A stretch of DNA of 64,000 bases from an uncultured Verrucomicrobiae bacterium (lineage in GTDB: Bacteria > Verrucomicrobiota > Verrucomicrobiia > Chthoniobacterales > JAFAMB01), in assembly GCA_963804425.1 (NCBI GenBank), contig CAWDQF010000007.1:1028457-1092456 (forward strand), read 5' to 3'. The notes beneath the pieces were generated by a model. The model searched no databases and was not told where the DNA came from. It saw nothing but the letters and a program-made list of their open reading frames with translations. Position numbers and translations under genes: made by a program. Positions 25,824 through 35,817 of the stretch are shown one piece after another (the stretch's first letter is position 1; each line of letters opens with the position of its first letter).

Positions 25824-26445
25824 ACGCAAAGAGCGGTGGGCCAAGAAAATGGCCGGTCAGCGGTCTCCCGTTCTTGAGAGGTCTAGCGATCGGCTTCCGC
25901 CCGGCCAACATTTGACGAACGGCTTTCCGGTCCTCGATCTAGGTATCCAGCCCGCTATCCTGCTCTCGGAGTGGACGCTTGAGCTCAAAGGCGAAGTGGA
26001 AAACCCGGTCAAGCTGTCCTGGGGTCAAATGACTCAACTGCCGCGTTTCGAGGATACCAGCGATTTTCACTGCGTCACGACTTGGTCGAAGTTCGACTGC
26101 CAATGGGGCGGCGTCGCATTCTTCACGCTGATCGATCTGGTAAAGCCGAAGCCCGAAGTGAACAACCTTTTCGTTGAAAGTTATGACGACTACAGCACCA
26201 ATGTCCCGCTGGAACCTTGTTTGGACGACGATGTCCTGATTGCCACTCATCTGGATGGACGACCTCTGTCGCGGGAACACGGAGGTCCGGCTCGGATGAT
26301 CATCCCAAAACTTTATGCCTGGAAGGGCGCGAAGTTTGTGCGTTCGATCGAGTTTCGATCCTCGATGGTCCGCGGCTATTGGGAGAATCGCGGGTACAGC
26401 GATTATGGTGATCCTTGGACGGATGACCGATTTCATCGGGTGTAA
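25804..26445 (+). CDS. Sulfite-oxidase-family molybdopterin-binding oxidoreductase (small, YedY/SoxC-like catalytic domain)
   Basis: LPPGQHLTNGFPVLDLG, FHCVTTWSK (Moco Cys context) and GGPARMIIPKLYAWKGAKFV. Overlaps the upstream gene by 20 nt. An alternative ATG lies at 25849. Confidence 0.8.
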   Translation: MNPSILERKERWAKKMAGQRSPVLERSSDRLPPGQHLTNGFPVLDLGIQPAILLSEWTLELKGEVENPVKLSWGQMTQLPRFEDTSDFHCVTTWSKFDCQWGGVAFFTLIDLVKPKPEVNNLFVESYDDYSTNVPLEPCLDDDVLIATHLDGRPLSREHGGPARMIIPKLYAWKGAKFVRSIEFRSSMVRGYWENRGYSDYGDPWTDDRFHRV

Positions 26446-26545
26446 GGCTTGCGCGGTGGAAAACCCGTGGCTGGTGGGGCGAAACAATCGGGCAAGCGCC
26501 ACGCTTGATCGGTCATCGGCCAGCGTCGGGCTGCGAGCCGCCTCC

Positions 26546-26603
26546 CGTTGTCTGGCCCCGCCCGCAATGCTTCGCGTTGCGATGCGGGCGGGGCCAGACA
26601 ACG
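26546..26603. repeat. Perfect 21-bp inverted repeat with a 16-nt spacer (GC-rich hairpin)
   Basis: CGTTGTCTGGCCCCGCCCGCA (26546..26566) is the exact reverse complement of 26583..26603. No T-run follows it. Confidence 0.9.
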
Positions 26604-26764
26604 CTAAATTGTCGCCCGACTTTACAACCGGCCGCCCCTCCCGCATATTGCCCGCCTCATCTAACGGTTTATTCGTGCGCGAATCAGGCGATCCGGTCCA
26701 AGGCAAATATTTCGATTGCGTTCTGCGAGAACGATTGGCCGTTTGGGTGGCCTCATAACATTTC

Positions 26765-28978
26765 TTGCCTTTTGTGATCATACGCGCGTCTCGAAACCAG
26801 TTCCGGCTTGTGCTCGATCAAACCGGTGAATTCATTCGGTGCTCGCTTTCCATAAACCTCACCATTCTCACATTCTTCTTAGGTGGTTTCACGGCGATTG
26901 GTACCGCTGACCAGGCGACATCGCCCATTCCCAATGCCTCTCCAGCAAAACTACAGTTTAGTGATTTGCAGAAGCAGGCAGCGCAGTTCAACTCAGTTTT
27001 GAAGCTGCCGGATTGGGAAACCACTGCGGCTCAAGTAGACGCGAACGTCGATGCCGCGATCGCGGAGGCAAACCGCCAGTTGGACGCGATCGCGCAGATC
27101 GATCCTAAGAATGCGACCTTCGATAACACCGTTCGGGCCCTTGACGACGTCCACGCAAGAATAAGCCAGACGGGGTACCGGATGGGAGTGGTGGAACAGG
27201 CGCATCCCGATCCGAAAATGCGCAGCGCTGGTCTCGATGCAGTCCAAAAGCTGCAAGAATTTATCGTCGGGATTGACTACCGCAAGGATGTCTATCGTTC
27301 GGTCAAGTCGTACCTCGACACGAATCCTCGGCTCGGTGGCCAGGATGCCCGGCTGGTGGAATTTACCACTCGTGGTTACAAACGGGCGGGACTTACGCTT
27401 CCGGAAGAGAAACAGAAGAGTGTTGAGAAGCTGCGCAAACAGCTCGCGAGTATTCAGGCTCGCTTTCTGGTCAATGCTAATAATGCCGCGGCACCGCTGA
27501 AGTTTACGAGAGACGATTTGCAGGGCGTTTCGGAAGACTTTCTCAAGCAGGTAAAAACCGGTGAGAACGAGTACACCGTCGATGCCAATGTGCCTCCGCA
27601 GTACGTCAGCGCGATGACGAATTGTGTGAAGGAGGAAACACGCAAGCACCTCTGTATCGCCCATGACTCGCGGGCCAAAGAGAAGAATCTGCCCTTGGCG
27701 ATTCAGGCGGTGGAGATTCGCGCCCAGCTGGCCGAACTGCTTGGCTACGCGTCTTGGGCCGATTACCAAGCCGAGATCAAAATGGCCAAAACCGGGCAGC
27801 GGGCGCTCGACTTTGAGGAGCAGCTAAAGTCTGGCTTAGAACCAAAATATCAGGAAGAAATCTCGGAACTAAAGAAGGCGAAGGCGAGTGTCGCCGGAGC
27901 GACAACACCGGACGTGAAACTCTGGGATTGGTATTTTTGCGCGGCTCTCCTCCAGAAACAGAAATATAACGTCGATGCGGAAGCGCTTCGCGTCTATTTC
28001 CCATTCGATCGCGTGCTCGACGGCATGTTCAAAATCTACGAGCACATCTTCCAAGTGGAGATTCGTCCAGTCGACCCACCGGCCGTCTATCAAAGCGACG
28101 TGAAATTGTATGCCGTCCTTGACCAGCAAACCCACCAACCCTTGGGAATGTTCTATCTCGATTTGTTTCCTCGGCCTGGAAAATATAACCATTTCGCCAA
28201 TTTCGCGCTGATCGATGGCGGATTGCTGCCCGATGGAAGATATCAGAGGCCGGTCGTAGACCTGATTTGTAACTTTCCGCCGCCTTCGGGCGATAAACCG
28301 TCACTGGCAGATCATCAGGACGTGGTCACCATCTTTCATGAATTTGGCCACGCCATGCACGTCATGTTGACGACGGTCCACTATGCTCAGTTTTCCGGAT
28401 TCAATGTTCCGGGCGATTTCGTGGAGGCTCCGTCGCAAATGCTCGAATATTTCGCGTGGGATAAAAAAGTGCTGGACAGTTTTGCGAGCGACTATCGGGA
28501 TCCTTCGAAGAAGATACCGGCTGATATTTTAGCTAAACTGAAAGAGGCGGATTTGGCGACGAAGGCATGTTCCTACCGTCGCCAGCTCTCCTTTGGGCTG
28601 CTAGACTTGTTGATCCACATGCCGTTAACCGCGGCTCAGAAAGAGGATCTCAACGGCTATGTCAATTCAGTGCTCGGCGACGTTTTCTTTCCCCCGGATT
28701 CCTCGACTGCTATACTGGCTTCTTTCGGACACCTGTTCGATGGATACGACGCTGGCTATTACGGTTATGCCTGGGCGGATGCAATCGCCGCCGACATGGC
28801 GTCGGTTTTCCAAAGCGCTCCCGACGGTTTCCTGGATGTGACTGTTGGCCGGCGGTTGCGAGACGAAATCTATGCAGTAGGCGATTCGCGTGACATTACG
28901 ATCTCGGTGGAGAAGTTTCTCGGTCGCAAACAGTCGACCGGTCCGTTTCTAAAGAAACTGGGAATCAGCTCTGAGTAA
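26765..28978 (+). CDS. M3-family zinc metallopeptidase (oligopeptidase A / peptidyl-dipeptidase Dcp-like), secreted or membrane-anchored
   Basis: HEFGHAMH zinc motif with a downstream EAPSQ. Hydrophobic N-terminus (LTILTFFLGGFTAIG). TTG/GTG start, exact position uncertain. Confidence 0.88.
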   Translation: MPFVIIRASRNQFRLVLDQTGEFIRCSLSINLTILTFFLGGFTAIGTADQATSPIPNASPAKLQFSDLQKQAAQFNSVLKLPDWETTAAQVDANVDAAIAEANRQLDAIAQIDPKNATFDNTVRALDDVHARISQTGYRMGVVEQAHPDPKMRSAGLDAVQKLQEFIVGIDYRKDVYRSVKSYLDTNPRLGGQDARLVEFTTRGYKRAGLTLPEEKQKSVEKLRKQLASIQARFLVNANNAAAPLKFTRDDLQGVSEDFLKQVKTGENEYTVDANVPPQYVSAMTNCVKEETRKHLCIAHDSRAKEKNLPLAIQAVEIRAQLAELLGYASWADYQAEIKMAKTGQRALDFEEQLKSGLEPKYQEEISELKKAKASVAGATTPDVKLWDWYFCAALLQKQKYNVDAEALRVYFPFDRVLDGMFKIYEHIFQVEIRPVDPPAVYQSDVKLYAVLDQQTHQPLGMFYLDLFPRPGKYNHFANFALIDGGLLPDGRYQRPVVDLICNFPPPSGDKPSLADHQDVVTIFHEFGHAMHVMLTTVHYAQFSGFNVPGDFVEAPSQMLEYFAWDKKVLDSFASDYRDPSKKIPADILAKLKEADLATKACSYRRQLSFGLLDLLIHMPLTAAQKEDLNGYVNSVLGDVFFPPDSSTAILASFGHLFDGYDAGYYGYAWADAIAADMASVFQSAPDGFLDVTVGRRLRDEIYAVGDSRDITISVEKFLGRKQSTGPFLKKLGISSE

Positions 28979-28982
28979 CCTC

Positions 28983-30641
28983 ATGAACCGTCCGCTAAGC
29001 CTTCGTATAACACTTACCCTCGTTTCGCTTTTTCTTTCTGGGGCGAAACTCAGTGCCGCTAGTCCTCCGGCCCTGGAGGAAGCGAATCGACACAAAATCC
29101 TCTTAATCTGCGAAGGGACCGAGCCACGAACCCTCGATCCCCAGACCGCGCAGGGAGTTCCGGAACATCACATCATTATGGGGCTGATGGTGGGATTGAT
29201 GGAGAACGATCCGAACGATCAATCGAAACAGTTGCCCGGTCTAGCGGATCGTTGGGAGCACAATGAAGATTACTCGGTTTGGAAGTTTCAGCTGCGCGAG
29301 AACGCCAGGTGGTCCAATGGAGATCTGGTCACGGCTCAGGATTTTGTCTTTTCCTACAAACGCATTCTCACTGCGCCGCTCGGCGCCGCGTACATCGATG
29401 CGCTTTACATCATGAAAGGAGCCAGAGAGTACGCTGAGGGGAAGATCACCGATTTCAATCAGGTCGGAGTAAAGGCGCTCGATGATCGGAATCTGCAGTT
29501 CGAGTTGATCGGCCCCGCGCCCTATTTTCTTTCCGCGCTTTTACATACCGCCTGGTATCCGGTTCATCCGGGTACGATTTTGAAATTTGGCCGGATGGAT
29601 GAGCGCGACACCAAGTGGACGCGCCCAGGGAACTATGTCGGTACCGGGCCGTTTATACTCAAGACCTGGAAGGAAAATGACGTCATCGAATTGGTTCGTA
29701 ATCCGCTCTATTGGGACGCAGCAAATGTAAAGCTCAACGGGATCAATTTTTATTCGATCGAAAACTATGATACTCAGGAGCGAGCGTTCCAGGCCGGTCA
29801 GTTGCACAAGACGGAGCAAATGCCGCTGGACAAGATTCCTTACTACCGCCGCGAGCACCCTGAGCTGATTCGGATCGATCCCTATGTAGGAGCTTACTTT
29901 TACCGGATCAATGTGAAGCGAAAACCGCTGGATAACCCTAAAGTGCGTTTAGCTTTGAATCTTGCGCTCGATCGCGAATCGATCGTCAAGAACATCACCC
30001 GGGGCAAACAGAGGCCGGAGACCGGCTACACACCGCCCGGCATGGAGGGTTATGAACCGTTGGATGTCATCCACTATGATCCGGATCGGGCCCGGCAGTT
30101 GCTGGCGGAGGCGGGGTACCCAAACGGGAAAGGCTTCCCAAAATTTAACATCCTCACCAATACGAACCAATGGCATCGGACTGTGGCCGAAGCGATCCAA
30201 CAGATGTGGAAGCAAGAACTGAATATCGACGTCGGAATAGAGAATCAAGAATGGAAAGTCTACTTGGATTCGCAAAACAGTCTGAACTACGACATTTCGC
30301 GTTCCGGCTGGATCGGGGATTTCATGGATCCGGTTACTTTTCTGAGCATTTGGCGGACCGGCGACGGTAATAACAACACTGGCTGGAGCAACCCAGCTTA
30401 CGACAACTTGTTGGATCAGGCCGCTCAGACCGCTGATCCGCAGCAGCGTTTTTCGATTCTGCGTCAGGCAGAAGAACTCTGGTTGAGTGAACCGTCGGGA
30501 GTACTCATCTACTGGTATACGCTAGTATACCTCCTGGATCCAAGCGTGAAGAATTGGAATCCGCTGGCCTTGGACGACCACAATTACAAGTACATCGATC
30601 TCGAGGAGAACGGTACTCCCAAGCTTTCGCTGGCCCGTTAA
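28983..30641 (+). CDS. ABC transporter substrate-binding protein, family 5 (oligo/dipeptide type)
   Basis: Signal peptide, TLDPQ near the N-terminus, 552 aa, and Opp/Dpp-type permease and ATPase genes directly downstream. Confidence 0.88.
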   Translation: MNRPLSLRITLTLVSLFLSGAKLSAASPPALEEANRHKILLICEGTEPRTLDPQTAQGVPEHHIIMGLMVGLMENDPNDQSKQLPGLADRWEHNEDYSVWKFQLRENARWSNGDLVTAQDFVFSYKRILTAPLGAAYIDALYIMKGAREYAEGKITDFNQVGVKALDDRNLQFELIGPAPYFLSALLHTAWYPVHPGTILKFGRMDERDTKWTRPGNYVGTGPFILKTWKENDVIELVRNPLYWDAANVKLNGINFYSIENYDTQERAFQAGQLHKTEQMPLDKIPYYRREHPELIRIDPYVGAYFYRINVKRKPLDNPKVRLALNLALDRESIVKNITRGKQRPETGYTPPGMEGYEPLDVIHYDPDRARQLLAEAGYPNGKGFPKFNILTNTNQWHRTVAEAIQQMWKQELNIDVGIENQEWKVYLDSQNSLNYDISRSGWIGDFMDPVTFLSIWRTGDGNNNTGWSNPAYDNLLDQAAQTADPQQRFSILRQAEELWLSEPSGVLIYWYTLVYLLDPSVKNWNPLALDDHNYKYIDLEENGTPKLSLAR

Positions 30642-30648
30642 AACCCCG

Positions 30649-31578
30649 ATGATCAAACTTATCGTCAGCCGGTTATTGCAACTGATCCCGGTGGTTTGGG
30701 TCGTGCTGACGGTTACATTCTTTCTCTCTAAATCCATCCCGGGCGGTCCGTTCAGCGCTGAGCGGCAGGCAACTCCGGAAGTTATTCAGAAGCTCAACGA
30801 GTATTACGGGTTAGATAAACCGTTGTGGGAACAGTACATCCATTACATCACCAGGGTCGCGCATTTTGATCTTGGGCCCTCCTATACCTACCAGACAAGT
30901 TCTGTCAACGAAGTCATAGCCCGCGCGTTCCCTGTTTCACTCCAGATCGGAACACTCGCGTTTTTCATCGCTCTCGGTATTGGCGTCGCTGCGGGAGTGG
31001 TTGCGGCAATCAATAAGAACAAGATTTGGGACTACCTACCCATGTCGCTCGCGATGGCGGGTATTTGTGTTCCCACTTTTGTGATGGGACCCATTCTGGC
31101 CGTCTATTTCGGACTGACTTTAAAGATCGCTCCGGTCAGCGGGTGGTATGGCCTAGACTATGCCCCTTTGCACCCAATGATTTTGCCCGCCGTTACATTG
31201 GGGTTGTTCTACGCCGCCTACATTGCGCGCCTCACCAGAGGCGGCATGCTTGAGGTGCTGAACCAGGATTTTATCCGGACGGCTCGGGCTAAAGGAGTTC
31301 CTGATCGGGACATCATTTTTAAGCACGCCATGCGGGGCGGTTTACTTCCTGTCGTATCATTCTTGGGGCCGGAGTTTGCCGGATTAATCAGCGGCTCGTT
31401 CGTGGTCGAAAAGGTTTTCAACGTTCCAGGGTTAGGCCAAGAATTCATCAAATCGGTCTTTAATCGGGACTACCCTTTGATTCTTGGCACGGTGGCGTTC
31501 TTCGCGGTGCTCATTGTGGTATTTAACCTGCTAGCTGACTTGCTCCAGAGTGTGATGGATCCGCGCACTCGCAAATGA
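30649..31578 (+). CDS. ABC transporter permease (OppB/DppB type)
   Basis: Six-TM pattern, and the EAA-like loop DFIRTARAKGVPDRDIIFKHAMR. Confidence 0.9.
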   Translation: MIKLIVSRLLQLIPVVWVVLTVTFFLSKSIPGGPFSAERQATPEVIQKLNEYYGLDKPLWEQYIHYITRVAHFDLGPSYTYQTSSVNEVIARAFPVSLQIGTLAFFIALGIGVAAGVVAAINKNKIWDYLPMSLAMAGICVPTFVMGPILAVYFGLTLKIAPVSGWYGLDYAPLHPMILPAVTLGLFYAAYIARLTRGGMLEVLNQDFIRTARAKGVPDRDIIFKHAMRGGLLPVVSFLGPEFAGLISGSFVVEKVFNVPGLGQEFIKSVFNRDYPLILGTVAFFAVLIVVFNLLADLLQSVMDPRTRK

Positions 31579-31585
31579 TTCGCGC

Positions 31586-32671
31586 ATGAGCACGGTGCTT
31601 GACTCTCCGACCATCGCCGAGGACGAAGCCCAATTCGTGCACGGCAGTTCACTCTGGACGGATGCCTGGCACCGGCTTCGCAAAAACCAGCTGGCTCTTT
31701 TTGGCCTCGGTTGCTTTCTCACTATCATGTTGCTCTGCCTGATTGGACCACTGGTGACCGGTTATACCTACGAGCAAACGGATCTAACGCTGAAGGCCAG
31801 CCCGCCGCTAGATAAGATCATCCAGCGAACGGAGACGCTCAAGAACGGTGAGAAGAAGATCACTTTTTATTCGCTAACCAACATTGAAGATGAGTTTGTC
31901 GATAAGCCGCGAGAAGAGCGGAAACAGATCGTCGCAACGTTGGCCCAGGGGGAGCAATACAGCGAGGGGGCGCTTGTTTACGAGACTTCAAACCAAAGGC
32001 ATCTGTTCGGGACCGATGCGCTGGGCCGGGACCTATTAACCCGAGTATTGATCGGTGGCCGGATTTCCTTGTCGGTTGGGTTCGTCGCTACCCTCATTTC
32101 AGTTGTCATCGGCGTCGTGTGGGGCACAACTGCCGGTTTTATCGGAGGCATGACAGATAATCTGATGATGCGGATCGTGGACGTACTCTACGCGCTTCCA
32201 TTCACGGTAATAGTAATTCTCCTCATGGTCTTTTTCGGCAGGAATTTTATCCTGCTCTTTGTCGCGATCGGTGCGGTGGAATGGTTGACCATGGCCCGGA
32301 TCATCCGTGGGCAAATCATCTCGCTTAAGAACCAGGAGTTTGTAGAGGCGGCTGTTTCGCTCGGGCTCAGCAAGGCTCGCATCATGTTTCGGCATCTGAT
32401 CCCCAACGTGATGACCGTGATCGTAATATACGCCACGCTCACCGTGCCAAATGTCATGCTATTGGAGGCTGTGCTCAGTTTCCTGGGGTTGGGCGTGCCC
32501 CCGCCGATGAGTTCCTGGGGCGTGCTCATCTCCGAGGGTGCTTCAACCATGGATACATCCCCTTGGCTTCTTTGGATTCCGGCGGCCTTCTTTTCGTTGA
32601 CTCTGTTCTCGCTCAATTTCCTTGGGGATGGTCTAAGTGACGCCTGCAATCCCAAGTCCGCGAAAGATTGA
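31586..32671 (+). CDS. ABC transporter permease (OppC/DppC type)
   Basis: EFVEAAVSLGLSKARIMFRHLIPNV loop. Membrane protein of 361 aa. Confidence 0.9.
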   Translation: MSTVLDSPTIAEDEAQFVHGSSLWTDAWHRLRKNQLALFGLGCFLTIMLLCLIGPLVTGYTYEQTDLTLKASPPLDKIIQRTETLKNGEKKITFYSLTNIEDEFVDKPREERKQIVATLAQGEQYSEGALVYETSNQRHLFGTDALGRDLLTRVLIGGRISLSVGFVATLISVVIGVVWGTTAGFIGGMTDNLMMRIVDVLYALPFTVIVILLMVFFGRNFILLFVAIGAVEWLTMARIIRGQIISLKNQEFVEAAVSLGLSKARIMFRHLIPNVMTVIVIYATLTVPNVMLLEAVLSFLGLGVPPPMSSWGVLISEGASTMDTSPWLLWIPAAFFSLTLFSLNFLGDGLSDACNPKSAKD

Positions 32672-32717
32672 TGCCGATGGAAAGGCTGACCGCTCGAGAG
32701 AAAACTGAGATTCCGGT

Positions 32718-33725
32718 ATGGCATTGCTTGAGGTAGAGAATCTACGAACCTATTTTCACACCCGGGCCGGAGTTATTCGGGCGGTGGATGGCGTTTCTTT
32801 CTCGATCCAGGAGGGCGAAACCTTAGGCATCGTTGGCGAGTCAGGTTCAGGGAAATCGGTCAGTTGCTATTCCATTCTCGGACTAATCCCGCAACCCCCC
32901 GGCCGGATTGAATCAGGCGCGGCCCGGTTTGGTGGAGTGGATCTTTTGCGCTGCTCCGGCGAGCAACTCCGACAGATACGCGGAAAACGGATATCGATGA
33001 TTTTTCAAGATCCGATGACCTCGCTCAATCCGTATCTCCGCGTCTCCGACCAGATCATGGAACCGTTGCTGGTCCACGAAAAGATAAGTCGCCGCAAAGC
33101 TTTGCTAAAGGCCATTGGGGCTTTGGAAGAGGTGGGGATTCAAGATGCCGCCCGCCGGATCCAACTCTATCCGCACCAATTCTCCGGGGGCATGCGCCAG
33201 CGAGTGATGATTGCGACGGCCCTGATCAGTCGTCCGGAAATCCTGATCGCGGACGAGCCGACGACCGCGCTCGACGTTACGGTTCAAGCGCAGATTCTGG
33301 AGCTGATTCGGCAAAGCCAGAAAAATCTCGGAATGGCTGTTGTTTTCATTACTCACGATTTGGGCGTAGTGGCTTCCTTCTGTGAGAACGTCAATGTGAT
33401 GTACGCCGGCCGGATCGTCGAGTCAGCGCCGACCGAAGAGCTGTTTGCTCTGCCGCTTCATCCTTACAACGCCTCGCTCCAACAGTCGATTCCTGCTTTG
33501 CACCGCAAGGGAGATCCTCTGTATACGATACCCGGGGCGCCACCGGATCTCTCCCGTGAGATCAAAGGATGTCCTTTCGTTCCGCGCTGCGCTTTTGCCA
33601 AAGATCTTTGTCAAAGCGGCGAGATCTATCTAGAGGAGCCCGTGCCGGGTCATACGACTTCTTGTCAGAGGGTTCTGCGCGGTGAACTTGGTGATTTGCG
33701 ATTGAAGGCTCAAGCCGTCGTATGA
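32718..33725 (+). CDS. ABC transporter ATP-binding protein (OppD/DppD type)
   Basis: Walker A GESGSGKS, signature FSGGMRQR, Walker [13 protein letters not shown]. Confidence 0.92.
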   Translation: MALLEVENLRTYFHTRAGVIRAVDGVSFSIQEGETLGIVGESGSGKSVSCYSILGLIPQPPGRIESGAARFGGVDLLRCSGEQLRQIRGKRISMIFQDPMTSLNPYLRVSDQIMEPLLVHEKISRRKALLKAIGALEEVGIQDAARRIQLYPHQFSGGMRQRVMIATALISRPEILIADEPTTALDVTVQAQILELIRQSQKNLGMAVVFITHDLGVVASFCENVNVMYAGRIVESAPTEELFALPLHPYNASLQQSIPALHRKGDPLYTIPGAPPDLSREIKGCPFVPRCAFAKDLCQSGEIYLEEPVPGHTTSCQRVLRGELGDLRLKAQAVV

Positions 33726-34702
33726 GTGCATTCCTCGAGCTGAAAGCGCTAAAGACCTATTTCCCGATCTATCGCGGGCTTGTCGTTCGCCGAAAGATCG
33801 CTTCGGTGAAAGCGGTGGATGGAGTCTCGCTGAGTCTGAAAAAGGGCGAGATACTTGGTCTGGTAGGAGAATCGGGATGCGGAAAATCCTCACTGGCCCG
33901 GACGGTGATGCAATTGGTTCGCTCTACCGAGGGCGAAGTCCGACTGGAAGGCAAGAGTCTGACAGATCAGAGTATGGGGGACATTCGCAAGTCACGGGTC
34001 AATTTCCAAATGATCTTTCAAGACCCCTACGCTTCACTGAATCCGCGGATGACGGTATTCGACACTTTGGCCGAAGCGCTGCAAACCCGCGAAAAACTGC
34101 GAGGCAAACCACTCGTTCGGAAGGTCGGCGAACTGATGCGTCAGGTAGGTCTACCGCCCAATCAAATGATGCGTTATCCGCACGAGTTCTCCGGCGGTCA
34201 GCGGCAGCGCATTGCGATTGCCCGGGCATTGGCTCCTCAGCCTAAACTAGTCATTGCCGACGAGCCGGTCTCCGCGCTCGATGTCTCGATTCAATCGCAA
34301 ATTCTAAACCTGATTCTTAAGTTGTGTCGAGAGATGGAACTCACTCTCATTTTCATCTCCCATGATATTTCGGTGGTGAAATATATTTCCGACCGAATCG
34401 CTGTGATGTATCTGGGCAAGTTGGTCGAGGTCGGTTCGGCTGTCGATGTGGTCGAGCGCCCTTTGCATCCTTACACGCGCGCTCTGGTCAGCGCCGTTCC
34501 CATCCCGGACCCGGTGCGAGAGCGGCAACGGCAACGAATCGTTCTGCAAGGCGATCCGCCTTCGCCCATCAACCCGCCCTCTGGGTGCAGTTTTCATCCG
34601 CGCTGTCGGTTCGCAGTCGAAAAATGCAAACAGGAAATTCCGGATCTGGCCGAAAAGGAGCCGAACCGGTTTGCAGCGTGCATCCGGATTGGGGAGATTT
34701 GA
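33722..34702 (+). CDS. ABC transporter ATP-binding protein (OppF/DppF type)
   Basis: GESGCGKSS, FSGGQRQR, LVIADEPVSALD and the C-terminal oligopeptide-ATPase Cys motif (CSFHPRC). Confidence 0.92.
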   Translation: MSAFLELKALKTYFPIYRGLVVRRKIASVKAVDGVSLSLKKGEILGLVGESGCGKSSLARTVMQLVRSTEGEVRLEGKSLTDQSMGDIRKSRVNFQMIFQDPYASLNPRMTVFDTLAEALQTREKLRGKPLVRKVGELMRQVGLPPNQMMRYPHEFSGGQRQRIAIARALAPQPKLVIADEPVSALDVSIQSQILNLILKLCREMELTLIFISHDISVVKYISDRIAVMYLGKLVEVGSAVDVVERPLHPYTRALVSAVPIPDPVRERQRQRIVLQGDPPSPINPPSGCSFHPRCRFAVEKCKQEIPDLAEKEPNRFAACIRIGEI

Positions 34703-34791
34703 AGGCAGCGGAAGCGTTAAGATCGTACTCGTCCTTGGACCAAAAACGAAACACCGAACATAGCTACGGAAGACAAGTTCCATCGCGGCGA

Positions 34792-34913
34792 CCAGCCTGT
34801 GCGACAGGGATCGCTATTCGCTGTGAAGATGCGGCCTTTGACGCGTCATTGATTGGCTCACACGTCCAATCTGGCTGTCGCTCAACGACGTGTATCGCCC
34901 TACCCGTCAGGGG
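34792..34913 (+). repeat. Dispersed palindromic element family R4, copy 3 (left end degraded)
   Basis: GCTGTCGCTCAACGACGTGTATCGCCCTACCCGTCAGGGG aligns with 50341..50382. GCGGCCTTTGACGCG and GGCTCACACGTCC match internal blocks of the other copies. Confidence 0.55.
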
Positions 34914-34981
34914 TAATAGCGCGTTCTGTCCGACTGTTCCGCTCACCGCTTACTGACCGCTTACTACTTACTGCTAACCGT

Positions 34982-35812
34982 TCACCCTTTCACCGCTCCC
35001 GCCGTCAAGCCGGCTATAATGTATTTTTGGGCCGCTAAATAAAATGCAATCGCCGGAATCATGGTCAAAGTGACAAACGCCAGAACACGTCCCCAATCAG
35101 TGCTGTACTGACCCTGATATTGCATAATTCCTAAAGGCCACGAATAAAGAGTATCCGAATTGATCGTGACCAGTGGTAAGAGGAAATTGTTCCAACTGCC
35201 AACTAACGCCAAGACGCCGACCGTTGCTAAGATCGGTCGAGAAAGTGGCAGCGTAATCCGCCAGAATATCTTCAAATAACTGCAGCCATCCATGAGCGCT
35301 GCCTCGAAAAGTTCCTTAGGTAACTCTTGAAAGAACCCGCGTAACAAAACGATGCTAAAACTCAGGTTGAACGCAACCTGCGGAAGAATTACGCCCCAGT
35401 AGGTATCAAGCAGGCCCAGGTCGCGGACTCGAATGAACACCGGTAAGACCGCAGTTGCGAAAGGAAAGGTTAGACCGAGCGTCAGGTAACCCGCGATCCA
35501 CCTTTTTCCTGCAAAGCGCAAATGCGCGAGTGTGAATGCGGCCATTGAACTGACCAGTACGGTTAACAATACGGTAAAGAGCGCGATGAACCCGGAGTTT
35601 CCTAACATTTGCCAGAATCGTGGAGCGAAAAGAATCGAGAAGTAATTTTCTGTAATCCATTCTTTGGGTAAACCAAGGGCGTTCGTACGCAGGTCTCCGG
35701 AGCTCTTAAACCCTCCGATGACGGCGACCCAAATGGGAAGCAGGCACAATCCGGCGGCCAGAAAAAGCAACAACCACCGGTAATAGGCGTACAATGGGAT
35801 TCGGATCCGCAT
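34982..35812 (-). CDS. Carbohydrate ABC transporter permease (MalG/UgpE type)
   Basis: 276-aa membrane protein with the EAA loop ELFEAALMDGCSYLKIFWRITLPLSRP. Confidence 0.88.
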   Translation of the reverse strand: MRIRIPLYAYYRWLLLFLAAGLCLLPIWVAVIGGFKSSGDLRTNALGLPKEWITENYFSILFAPRFWQMLGNSGFIALFTVLLTVLVSSMAAFTLAHLRFAGKRWIAGYLTLGLTFPFATAVLPVFIRVRDLGLLDTYWGVILPQVAFNLSFSIVLLRGFFQELPKELFEAALMDGCSYLKIFWRITLPLSRPILATVGVLALVGSWNNFLLPLVTINSDTLYSWPLGIMQYQGQYSTDWGRVLAFVTLTMIPAIAFYLAAQKYIIAGLTAGAVKG

Positions 35813-35817
35813 AAAGT

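Noticed and set aside
25939-26781. 280-aa minus-strand ORF.
   Set aside because: It is antisense to a well-supported Moco oxidoreductase gene and extends into the hairpin spacer. Its sequence is Arg/Pro/Ser-rich junk typical of an antisense frame in GC-rich coding DNA.
26993-27769. 258-aa minus-strand ORF.
   Set aside because: It is antisense to the M3 peptidase gene. There are no recognisable motifs.
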